From contig DATDEZ010000047.1 of assembly GCA_036522875.1 (NCBI GenBank), positions 51,988 to 115,987 on the forward strand: a stretch of DNA of 64,000 nt. The letters are read 5' to 3'. The stretch is from Gemmatimonadales bacterium. Lineage in GTDB: Bacteria > Gemmatimonadota > Gemmatimonadetes > Gemmatimonadales > GWC2-71-9. Shown here piece by piece: positions 29,525-38,057 of this stretch; the stretch's first letter is position 1, and every line of letters begins with the position of its first letter. The notes under the pieces are model-generated. The model was not told where the DNA came from. It ran no database searches and saw only the letters and a program-made list of their open reading frames with translations. Made by a program: the position numbers and the translations under genes.

Positions 29525-30730
29525 GTGCGTACAGAGACCTTGCAGCATATCGCGCTGTTCGACAAGTGCAAGAACTTCACCCGGGCGCGCGAGGTCCAAG
29601 CTGCGGGCCTCTACCCGTATTTCAAGCCGATTTCCCGCTCCGAAGACACCATCGTTGTGATCGAGGGCCAAGAGCGGATCATGATGGGGTCGAACAACTA
29701 CCTCGGCCTCACGCACCACGCCGAAGTCCTGGCCGCCGCCCGCTCCGCCCTGGAGCGGTACGGCTCCGGCTGCACCGGGAGCCGCTTCCTGAACGGCACG
29801 CTCGACCTCCACGAGCAACTCGAGACCGAGCTGGCTGAGTTTTTCGGCAAGGAATCTTGCCTCGTCTTCTCAACGGGCTATCAAGCAAACCTCGGCGTCA
29901 TTTCGGGCCTGGTGGGCCGCACCGACGTCGTGTTCCTGGATAAGCTGGACCACGCCTCCATCGTGGACGGCGCCAAGATGTCCCACGGCGAGACGCTGCG
30001 CTTCAACCATGGCGACCTCGCAGGTCTCGAGCGGAAGCTGCAGAAGCTGCCCGAGGGCACCGGCAGCATGGTGATCGTGGACGGCGTGTATTCGATGGAA
30101 GGCGACATCGCGGACGTGCCGGGCCTGCTCAAGATCTGCCAGCGGTACGGTGCGGCGCTCGCGATCGACGACGCACACTCCGTCGGCGTGCTCGGGCCGA
30201 ATGGTGACGGCACGGCCGCCCACTTCGACCTCGTCGATGAAGTCGACCTGATCGTCGGCACGTTCTCGAAGTCGCTCGCGTCGATCGGCGGCTTCGCGGC
30301 AGGATCCGAGAACGTGATCCATTATCTGCGGCATCATTCGCGTCCGCTCATCTTCACCGCCGCGCTGCCCCCGGCGAACACCGCGGGCGTGCTCGCGGCG
30401 TTGCACGTGATGCAGCGCGAGCCGGAGCGGCGCGAGCAGCTGTGGCGCAACACGCGCCGCCTGCAGGAGGGCATGCGCGCCCTCGGCTTCGACATCGGGC
30501 CGACCGAGACGCCGATCGTCCCCGTGCTCATCGGCCCGCTCGACAAGACGTTCCTCTTCTGGCGCAAGCTGTTCGACGCAGGGGTCTTCACGAACCCCGT
30601 CGTGCCGCCCGCCGTGCCGCCGTCGCAGTGCCGGCTGCGCACCAGCCTGATGGCGACCCATACGTCCGAGCAAATCGACCTCGCGCTCGAGGTGTTCGGC
30701 CGGCTCGGAAAAGAGCTGGGGGTTATCTGA
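29525..30730 (+). CDS. Alpha-oxoamine synthase family PLP enzyme, serine palmitoyltransferase-like
   Basis: Collinear with the Spt/KBL/BioF family: GSNNYLGL, GSGCTGSRFLNG, FSTGYQANLG, DDAHSVGVLG, GTFSKSLASIGG (PLP lysine). The start is uncertain (GTG 29525 or ATG 29474). Confidence 0.8.
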   Translation: MRTETLQHIALFDKCKNFTRAREVQAAGLYPYFKPISRSEDTIVVIEGQERIMMGSNNYLGLTHHAEVLAAARSALERYGSGCTGSRFLNGTLDLHEQLETELAEFFGKESCLVFSTGYQANLGVISGLVGRTDVVFLDKLDHASIVDGAKMSHGETLRFNHGDLAGLERKLQKLPEGTGSMVIVDGVYSMEGDIADVPGLLKICQRYGAALAIDDAHSVGVLGPNGDGTAAHFDLVDEVDLIVGTFSKSLASIGGFAAGSENVIHYLRHHSRPLIFTAALPPANTAGVLAALHVMQREPERREQLWRNTRRLQEGMRALGFDIGPTETPIVPVLIGPLDKTFLFWRKLFDAGVFTNPVVPPAVPPSQCRLRTSLMATHTSEQIDLALEVFGRLGKELGVI

Positions 30731-30735
30731 CGGCG

Positions 30736-31848
30736 GTGGAGATCACGCCCGTCTCAAACGGGCGCGATCTCAATCGCTTCATCGCGTTTCCGTACGACCA
30801 CTACAAACACGAAGCGTTGTGGGTGCCGCAGCTGCGCCGCGACATCCACACGTTGCTCTCCCCCAAGAAGAATCCGTTCTTCCAGCACGCTGAAGCAGCC
30901 TATTGGACCGCCAACCGGGCGGACGGCCGGATCGTCGGACGGATCGCGGCCATCAAGAACGACATGCACAACAAGGAACACCACGATAAAGTGGGGTTCT
31001 ACGGGTTCTTCGAGTCGATCGACGATCAGTCCGTCGCCAACGCGCTGTTCGATACGGCGGCGCAATGGCTCCGTGCCAAAGGCTTCGACACGATGCGCGG
31101 GCCGATGAACCCCTCGACCAACGACGACTGCGGCTTGCTGATCGCGAACAACGGCACGCCGCCGTCGCTGATGATGCCGTACAACTTCGCCTATTACGAG
31201 ACGCTCCACGATCGGTATGGCTTCACCAAGGCGAAGGACTTGCTCGCCTACGAGGGCGGCGGCGCGCAGTCGGCGCCCGAGCGATTCCTGCGGATCGGTC
31301 GCCGCGCACTCGAGCGCAACGGCATCACGCTGCGCACGCTCAACATGAAGCGGTTTGACGACGAGGTGGAGCTCATCAAGAAGCTCTACAACAGCGCGTG
31401 GGAAAAGAACTGGGGCTTCGTCCCGCTCACCAACGCCGAGATCGATCATCTCGCGAAGCAGCTGAAGCCGATCGTCGTGCCGGACCTCGTCATTTTCGCC
31501 GAGCGTGGCGGCGAAGTCGTGGGATTTTCGGTGAGTCTGCCCGATTTCAATCTGGCGCTGCTGCACAACCGCTCGGGACGGCTGTTCCCCGGCATTCTCA
31601 AGGTCCTGTGGTACTCGCGCAAGATCGACCGCGCGCGCGTCATGCTGCTGGGCGTGATCCCCGAGTTTCGCGGCCGCGCCATCGATGCGGTGCTGTACCA
31701 CCGCACGTGGGAAAACTCCGTGAAGCACGGCATGCCCCGCGGGGAAGCCGGCTGGATCCTCGAGGACAATGCGCTGATGAACAAAGCGGCCCTCGAGCTC
31801 GGATTTCGCGTCTCCAAGAAGTACCGCATCTACGACAAGGCGCTGTGA
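30736..31848 (+). CDS. GNAT-fold N-acyltransferase-like protein (candidate bacterial ceramide synthase)
   Basis: GTG 30736 lies 6 nt after the upstream stop. About 370 aa with a C-terminal GNAT-like core (LLGVIPEFRGRAIDAVLY...GEAGWILEDN). The functional call comes from gene context. Confidence 0.5.
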   Translation: MEITPVSNGRDLNRFIAFPYDHYKHEALWVPQLRRDIHTLLSPKKNPFFQHAEAAYWTANRADGRIVGRIAAIKNDMHNKEHHDKVGFYGFFESIDDQSVANALFDTAAQWLRAKGFDTMRGPMNPSTNDDCGLLIANNGTPPSLMMPYNFAYYETLHDRYGFTKAKDLLAYEGGGAQSAPERFLRIGRRALERNGITLRTLNMKRFDDEVELIKKLYNSAWEKNWGFVPLTNAEIDHLAKQLKPIVVPDLVIFAERGGEVVGFSVSLPDFNLALLHNRSGRLFPGILKVLWYSRKIDRARVMLLGVIPEFRGRAIDAVLYHRTWENSVKHGMPRGEAGWILEDNALMNKAALELGFRVSKKYRIYDKAL

Positions 31849-32822
31849 ACGTTTTCGTGACCGGGGGCACCGGATTCGTCGGTGCCCATCTGGTCCGGGC
31901 ACTGCGCGCGCGCGGCGATACCGTCACGGCGCTGGTGCGACGTCCGGAGCTCGCGCGGCAATTGGGATGGGGCGACGACATCCGGGTGGTGCGCGGCGAC
32001 CTGAATGACGACGCCGCCCTCGCCGAGGGCTGCGCCGGCGTCGACGTGGTGTACCACGTGGCCGGCAAGATCGCGGCCCGGAGCGCCGCGGACTTCATGG
32101 CGACGAATCGCGACGGCACCGCGAACGTGCTGGAGGCGGCACGCGACGGCGGCGCCAGACGATTTCTCCTCGTCTCCTCGCTCGCGGTCGGCGGTCCGAC
32201 ATCGCACGGCCACCCAATCGACGAGGATCGCCACCCCGCCCCGGTCACCGACTATGGGCGGTCCAAGCTCGCCGCCGAGGTGCTGGTGCGCGCGCTTGCG
32301 TCGGTGTCCTGGACGATCGTGCGGCCGCCGGTCGTCTACGGCGAATGGGATCGCGGCACGCTCACGATCTTCAAGCTCGCGCAGCGCGGCATCGCGCCGG
32401 TCTTCGGTGACGGATCGCAGGAGTTGTCGGTCATTCATGCGGAAGACCTGGCACACGCGCTCATTGCGGCAGCCACTTCACCCGCCGCGGCCGGTCACGT
32501 TTATTTCGCCGCGCATCCGGTGATCACCACGAGCCGGGCGCTCGTCGCGGCCGTCGCCCGCGCGCTCGGTCGCACGCCGCCACGGATCGTGCCCGTGCCC
32601 GCGCTGGTGGCGCGCGGCGTGCTGTGGACCGCCGGCACACTTGCGCATCTCGCCGGGCGCGCCACCTTGCTGTCGGCCGACAAAGCCAATGAGTTTCTGG
32701 CTCCGGCGTGGACGTGCCGCAGCGACGCCCTGACGCGCGACACCGGGTGGAGGGCGACGATTGCTCTTGAAACCGGCCTGGCGCGGGCCGCGAACTGGTA
32801 CCGGGAGGTGGGATGGCTGTAG
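31845..32822 (+). CDS. NAD(P)-dependent epimerase/dehydratase-family reductase (candidate ceramide reductase CerR-like)
   Basis: GTGA overlap with the upstream stop. VFVTGGTGFVGAHLV Rossmann motif. YGRSK catalytic YxxxK. Confidence 0.7.
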   Translation: MNVFVTGGTGFVGAHLVRALRARGDTVTALVRRPELARQLGWGDDIRVVRGDLNDDAALAEGCAGVDVVYHVAGKIAARSAADFMATNRDGTANVLEAARDGGARRFLLVSSLAVGGPTSHGHPIDEDRHPAPVTDYGRSKLAAEVLVRALASVSWTIVRPPVVYGEWDRGTLTIFKLAQRGIAPVFGDGSQELSVIHAEDLAHALIAAATSPAAAGHVYFAAHPVITTSRALVAAVARALGRTPPRIVPVPALVARGVLWTAGTLAHLAGRATLLSADKANEFLAPAWTCRSDALTRDTGWRATIALETGLARAANWYREVGWL

Positions 32823-33754
32823 CGAACGGCAATCGCAAGTGGAGCGGCAGCGAGACGCTGTGGCGGGAGTTCACCGCCATCGATCTCGCGACCGTCGCTT
32901 ACATCGCCGTCGCGACGGGCGCCGTTCTCCTGTCCTTCCGTGGCGAGGGCATTCCCGGCTGGCCCTGGGTGCTTACGGCGCACGGCCTGATCGTGGTCCT
33001 CGTGCTGCTCGCGCCACGCGCCCGGCGGTCCGGGCGCGTCGGGCGCTTCATCGGCGACTGGTATCCCATGCTGCTGCTGCCGGCGCTCTACGGCGAGATC
33101 GGCGTCCTCACGCTGAGCGCCGGATTCCAGAACGATCAGCTCATTCAACGGCTGGAAACCTGGGTGTTCGGTTCGCAGATCTCGTATCGTTGGATCCGGG
33201 AATCGCCCAACGCCACGCTCTCGTTCATCCTGCATTCCTGCTATCTCGCGTACTATCCGATCCTGTACGCCTCGCCGTTCGCGCTGTGGATCGTCGGGCG
33301 GCGCGATGCGTCGCGCCACACGATCTTCGGCATCATGGCGACGTTTTATCTGTGCTACGTCGTATTTCTGTTCTTCCCCGTGGCGGGCCCGCGCTACGCG
33401 TTCGACGGCGCGCACAACGTGGCGACGCAGGTTTGGCCGGCCCGGTTTGCGGCCTGGCTCCTCGACCGCGGCGACTCGTGGGGCGCCGCGTTCCCGTCGT
33501 CACACGTCGCCGCGTCGGTCGTCGCGACCGGCATGGCGCTCCGGTATTGGCGCGCGTTGGGACTCGTGCTGCTGCCGTTCACGGCAGGTCTGATCCTGGC
33601 CGTCGTGTACGGTCAATTTCACTATGCGGTGGACGCGCTCGCGGGGCTGATGGTCGCCGCGTCGATGCTCGGCATCATGCAGACCGCCGAGGCGACGGAG
33701 CCGCAGCGCCTCGCCGTCGCGGGATACGGCGTGGAGCCCGGCGGCAACGCCTAG
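32813..33754 (+). CDS. PAP2_C / LPP-superfamily integral membrane protein (sphingomyelin/IPC-synthase-like head-group transferase candidate)
   Basis: Six or more TM segments. FPSSHVAAS and QFHYAVDALAGLMVA correspond to the S-x-H and H-x3-D catalytic motifs of PAP2/SMS/AUR1 enzymes. Overlaps the upstream gene by 10 nt. Confidence 0.6.
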   Translation: MAVANGNRKWSGSETLWREFTAIDLATVAYIAVATGAVLLSFRGEGIPGWPWVLTAHGLIVVLVLLAPRARRSGRVGRFIGDWYPMLLLPALYGEIGVLTLSAGFQNDQLIQRLETWVFGSQISYRWIRESPNATLSFILHSCYLAYYPILYASPFALWIVGRRDASRHTIFGIMATFYLCYVVFLFFPVAGPRYAFDGAHNVATQVWPARFAAWLLDRGDSWGAAFPSSHVAASVVATGMALRYWRALGLVLLPFTAGLILAVVYGQFHYAVDALAGLMVAASMLGIMQTAEATEPQRLAVAGYGVEPGGNA

Positions 33755-34830
33755 TGCTCCATGTGCATTTCGGCCATCGGCATGGCGACGGCCGGCTTGC
33801 CGACGGCTCCCATGAAGTGCCGCAGGTCCTGCTGATATAACGAGTCGCTCGGGTCCGTCGCCGGCCAGGTCACGCCGCGCGCCGGGACGAACAACCCGCC
33901 TACCACGCCCATGCCGCCGTTCACGATCGTCTGCCCCGTCGGATTGTCGTAGATCACGCGCACCCGATAGCGGTGACTCGGCGTGATGTGCAGCCCGATG
34001 CTCGTGAGCGTGTAGAGCTTCGCAATCGGGACCGCGCTCGCGACGCCGGCCGGCGCCGGCGCCGGCTCGCCGTGCCACAGCAGCGTGCCCGTCGTCGCGT
34101 CCCAAAACTCGATCGTCTTGCCGTACGGATGCATGTGCCCGCCGATCACCACGAGCTTGCCCTCGACGCCGGGGCTGCCCTCGTACGACCGCTCGGTGTG
34201 ACCGGGCGGCAAGTCGAACGATTTGTCGCCCACCGGAAACCCGACGTCGAGCTGCCACGGCAATACCGAGAAGAACGGCCAGGGACGATGCTCGGGCACG
34301 TAGCTGATGATCAATTGCACCCGCACGCCCTTGTAATCCTCGTGCGTCGGATTATGCACCATCGCGTTCGCGAGGATGCGTTGCCCCGCATGCACGCGAG
34401 AGCCGAACAGGAGCCACGGAAACCGGATCTCGCCGGTCTCCATGCCCGAGGCGAGGATGCGGCGGGAGATCGGCAGGAACAGCTCGCGCTCGTTCGGATC
34501 CATGACGTTCATGTGATGGAGCAGCTCCGTGGGCAGCCGCCGTCCCTCGGCATCGACGAGCTCCGCGTGGAGCGCGTAAATCGATCCGGTGACGGGGAAC
34601 TCGCCGACCGAGGCGGGCTCCTCGACAACGGTGCCCGCCGCGAGATCGACGGGGGGAAGCTCCATGACCATGATCTCGCGGTGCGGATCGACGGTGATCG
34701 TCGTGCGGTCCAGCTCGTTCCAGTCGATCGCGGGTCCGGCCAGCGCGGGATGCGCGGGCGCGGCGTCGGCCGCGTATCCCGCCGTGATCACGCGTAGTGC
34801 AGCCAAGACGAGAAACCAACGTGGGCGCAT
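33751..34830 (-). CDS. Secreted protein with copper-monooxygenase-like His motifs and a Met/His-rich C-terminus
   Basis: Signal peptide MRPRWFLVLAALRVITAGYA. LLHHMNV (HHM), MVHNPTH, GGHMHPYG (HxH), later GGMGVVG, and a C-terminal MPMAEMHMEH. Confidence 0.35.
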   Translation of the reverse strand: MRPRWFLVLAALRVITAGYAADAAPAHPALAGPAIDWNELDRTTITVDPHREIMVMELPPVDLAAGTVVEEPASVGEFPVTGSIYALHAELVDAEGRRLPTELLHHMNVMDPNERELFLPISRRILASGMETGEIRFPWLLFGSRVHAGQRILANAMVHNPTHEDYKGVRVQLIISYVPEHRPWPFFSVLPWQLDVGFPVGDKSFDLPPGHTERSYEGSPGVEGKLVVIGGHMHPYGKTIEFWDATTGTLLWHGEPAPAPAGVASAVPIAKLYTLTSIGLHITPSHRYRVRVIYDNPTGQTIVNGGMGVVGGLFVPARGVTWPATDPSDSLYQQDLRHFMGAVGKPAVAMPMAEMHMEH

Positions 34831-34884
34831 CAGAAGTACCTCGTCAGCTCGCGGGTTACGGTGTCCTTAGGTTGCAGGGTTTCC

Positions 34885-34928
34885 AGAAAAAACGAAAGAG
34901 CGGCCCCGGAGTTTCCACGAGACCGCTC
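34885..34928 (-). terminator. Putative rho-independent terminator after the plastocyanin-like gene
   Basis: Minus strand reads GAGCGG...CCGCTC stem followed by TTTCGTTTTTTCTGG. The stem is short (6 bp) with a large loop. Confidence 0.45.
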
Positions 34929-34954
34929 CTCCATCGATCGCCGTCGGCAAAAGC

Positions 34955-35437
34955 CTACTCGACTTTGATCGTGATTCTCATGCCGAGGGTGAGGTGCGGT
35001 GTGCAATACCCCTTGTACGTCCCCTTCGGCGCGTTGGCGAACGACACATCGTAGGTCTCGTTCGGCTGCGTGAGGAACGGTCCGGAGAGATTGTCGACCG
35101 TGTTCTTCATGTTCGCGTTCAGCGCGGCAGCGGCGCCCGCGGGAACCGAGTCGGCCCAGAACGTGATGTTGTGCGGGCCGCCCTGCACGTTGATGAACCG
35201 GATCGTGCCGCCCGCGGGGACGGTCACGGAATTCGGCTCGAACGAGGCCTTGGTGCTGCCGTTCCCCGTCATCTTCACTTCGACGACCGGGCCGGCCGGC
35301 GCTGCGGCTGCTCCACCCGCGGCGCCCCCTGAAGCGGCGGGCGGATTCGCGGCTGGGGTCTGATTCTGGTCGCCCTTCTTGCCGCACGCGGCGAACGCGC
35401 CGATTGCGACGACGGTCGTGAGCAGAGCGAAGCGCAT
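34955..35437 (-). CDS. Plastocyanin/pseudoazurin-like type-1 copper lipoprotein
   Basis: ATG 35437 preceded by GGAGGA. Lipobox AFAAC. Ligand pattern GGPHNITF ... YCTPHLTLGM (C-x2-H-x4-M). Confidence 0.85.
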   Translation of the reverse strand: MRFALLTTVVAIGAFAACGKKGDQNQTPAANPPAASGGAAGGAAAAPAGPVVEVKMTGNGSTKASFEPNSVTVPAGGTIRFINVQGGPHNITFWADSVPAGAAAALNANMKNTVDNLSGPFLTQPNETYDVSFANAPKGTYKGYCTPHLTLGMRITIKVE

Positions 35438-35640
35438 TGCTGAGATCCTCCGGAAACGTGTCCTGGTGTCGCTGCGAGTGTCGCTTGTGAACAGTTTCAC
35501 AATACGCGTCAATATAGAGAGGGTCTCGAAAAACGGGAGTCCTCCGCTGAAGACCTCACGACTTAAGGCATTGCGTTTCTAGCCGTAACTCCAATATTGG
35601 GGCCGCCTTTTCCGACCCTTCCCAACTTGGAGGCAACACC

Positions 35641-36753
35641 GTGCGGAGAACGTTCGCATTGCTCGCGTTAGCGGCAGGCGTCACGACCGTTTTGCCGGCG
35701 CAAGGCGCCTGGCATCCGGAGATTGGCATCCAGGCCGGCTACACGAAGACGAAGCCGGCCGGCACCGGCGCCGATGACGCCGAGTCGTTCATCATGCTGC
35801 CGGGCGGCTCGACCATCGCGCCGTTGCTCACGTACGGCTCGCTCTACGCGATCATCCCGTGGAGCAACAAGATCGCCGTGGAACCGACGTTTGGATTCAG
35901 TCAGTTCGAGGTCGGGACCAATGGCGCGACCGCGACGCGCATCGGTGCGCGGATTGATTATGCCATCACGCCGAAGTTCTATGGCGCGGCGGGTGGCGTC
36001 GTCAATTACATCGAACAGACCGGCACCCACGGCACACAGCTCGGCCTCGAGGTCGGCCTCGGCTACCGGCTGCGGATCACGCAGGGGCTGAATGGCCGCA
36101 TCGAGGCGCAGTGGGTCTCGACGAAGAACTCCGATAACGTCACGGGGCCGTTCAACGCCTATTCGGCGCTCATCGGTGTTTCTACACCGCTGTCGGCCGG
36201 TGGGGCGAGTCGGAGCAGTGCGCGGAGTGCCCGCGCGACGAGCAGCAACAGCGTGTGGACCCGATCGGTCGGGTTCAATGCCGGCTATTCGCGCGTGCAC
36301 GCCGTGGGTGGCGGCGACCTCGTCTTCCTGACGGCGCCCGGCGTCGGTGGCTCACTCGCCGCTCTGGGGGCATACGCGCCGGGTCCGCCGATCCTGTTCG
36401 CGATCTTTCCGATTGGTCGGAAGATCGCGCTCGAGCCCGGCCTCGATCTCACGCGAATCGATCAGGGTGGCTCGTCGATCTTGAGCGTGTCGCTGGGCGC
36501 GCGCCTCAACTATGCGTTCGTCCACGGCTGGTATGGCGCGATCGGCGGTCAGCTGGCGCACATCAGTCCGAGCGGCGGCAACTCCGCCAGCGTCTTCGGC
36601 GGCACGCTCGCGTTCGGCGCCCGGTTCAACCTCACGTCGTCCCTCGGTGGACGCGTCGAGCTGAACTATCTGACGTTCCCGGCCAACACAGACCTCGGTG
36701 CGGCAACCAACACGACGTCGGTGCTGTTCGGTCTCACGATGCCGCTGCACTAG
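35641..36753 (+). CDS. Outer-membrane beta-barrel protein (two similar halves)
   Basis: GTG start after GGAGG. Signal peptide MRRTFALLALAAGVTTVLPAQG. Alternating beta-strand pattern with a C-terminal aromatic-rich strand. Confidence 0.6.
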   Translation: MRRTFALLALAAGVTTVLPAQGAWHPEIGIQAGYTKTKPAGTGADDAESFIMLPGGSTIAPLLTYGSLYAIIPWSNKIAVEPTFGFSQFEVGTNGATATRIGARIDYAITPKFYGAAGGVVNYIEQTGTHGTQLGLEVGLGYRLRITQGLNGRIEAQWVSTKNSDNVTGPFNAYSALIGVSTPLSAGGASRSSARSARATSSNSVWTRSVGFNAGYSRVHAVGGGDLVFLTAPGVGGSLAALGAYAPGPPILFAIFPIGRKIALEPGLDLTRIDQGGSSILSVSLGARLNYAFVHGWYGAIGGQLAHISPSGGNSASVFGGTLAFGARFNLTSSLGGRVELNYLTFPANTDLGAATNTTSVLFGLTMPLH

Positions 36754-36778
36754 GCTTCGGAAGATCGCAGTGACACGC

Positions 36779-36811
36779 ACGGCCCCCGGCAACGGGGGCC
36801 GTTGCATTTTT
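36779..36811 (+). terminator. Rho-independent terminator
   Basis: ACGGCCCCCG GCAA CGGGGGCCGT followed by TGCATTTTT. Confidence 0.8.
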
Positions 36812-36837
36812 GGCCGGCTGGGACGACACTACCTGCC

Positions 36838-37989
36838 ATGTCGAGCACTTCCCTTCCCGAAATGCCACCGCAGGAGCTCGCCGAACGGCTCGACCGCGGC
36901 GAGGCACTGCAAGTCCTCGACGTGCGCGCGAGCGACAAGGTGGAGCGCGGCCACATCGCGATGGGGGCGGAGCTCGACTTTCTTGCCGCGCCGAACTCCA
37001 AGCTGCTGGCGCTGCCCGATGTGACGGCGATCGGACTCGATCGCGCGCGCCCGGTCGCGGTCGTCTGCAATCACGGCAACTCGAGCAAAAAGGCGACGGC
37101 GTTCCTGCGCGAGCGAGGGTACGAAGCGTACTCCGTCATCGGCGGCATGGCGGCGTGGGAGACCGTATACGTCGCCCGCCGGCTGTCGCCGACGCCGTCA
37201 CTCTCCCAAGTCGTGCAGCTCGACCGCGTCGGCAAAGGAGCGCTCAGCTACATCCTGGTCAGCGACGGTGACGCCGTGCTCGTCGATCCCGGGCGCCATC
37301 TCGATCGGTACGAGGCGGTGTTCCGCGATCTCAAAGCGACGCCGGCGGCGGTCGTGGACACGCACATCCACGCCGACTATCTGAGCGGCGGGCGCGCGGC
37401 CGCGGCCCGCTGGCAGATTCCCTACTTTCTCCATCCCGACGATGCCGTCTCGCCGTACGACAACACGCCCGGCCGTTTGCCCTTTCAGCCGCTGAGCGAG
37501 GGCGACACGATCGCGTTCGGACACGCGACGCTGCGCGCGCAGCACGTCCCAGGGCACACACTCGGCAGCATCGCGCTGCTCGCCGATGAAGGGCTGGTGC
37601 TCACCGGCGACTTCCTGTTTGTGCGCTCGATCGGTCGACCTGACCTGGCCGGTCAGGCCCACGCGTGGGCGAAGCTGCTGTGGCGAAGTCTCGAGCGCGC
37701 ACGCGCGAGCTGGGCCGGCGACTTGCTCGTTCTGCCCGCGCATTATTCCAATGAAGAAGAAAGACGCGCCGACCGGATCGTGGCGGCGCGGTTCGATGTG
37801 ATCGCCGCCACCAATCCCCCCGCCGCGATCCAGGACGAGCGCGTCTTCTTACAATGGGTAGCGGACCATCAGACCACGTTCCCGGACGCCTATCGCACGA
37901 TCAAAGAGGCCAATCTCGGCCTCGTCGATCTCTCGGACGCTGATGCCGAGATCGTGGAATCCGGGCCAAATCAATGCGCGGTAGGGTAA
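36838..37989 (+). CDS. Rhodanese domain fused to a metallo-beta-lactamase-fold hydrolase
   Basis: Rhodanese active-site loop VCNHGNSSKKA. MBL motif VVDTHIHADYLSGG and downstream HVPGHTLGS. Confidence 0.75.
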   Translation: MSSTSLPEMPPQELAERLDRGEALQVLDVRASDKVERGHIAMGAELDFLAAPNSKLLALPDVTAIGLDRARPVAVVCNHGNSSKKATAFLRERGYEAYSVIGGMAAWETVYVARRLSPTPSLSQVVQLDRVGKGALSYILVSDGDAVLVDPGRHLDRYEAVFRDLKATPAAVVDTHIHADYLSGGRAAAARWQIPYFLHPDDAVSPYDNTPGRLPFQPLSEGDTIAFGHATLRAQHVPGHTLGSIALLADEGLVLTGDFLFVRSIGRPDLAGQAHAWAKLLWRSLERARASWAGDLLVLPAHYSNEEERRADRIVAARFDVIAATNPPAAIQDERVFLQWVADHQTTFPDAYRTIKEANLGLVDLSDADAEIVESGPNQCAVG

Positions 37990-38057
37990 TCTAGATCACG
38001 GTGTGCAAGCTTCGGCGGGATGCCCGTCTCTCATGGCATCCTTGACCGGAGTCGTTC

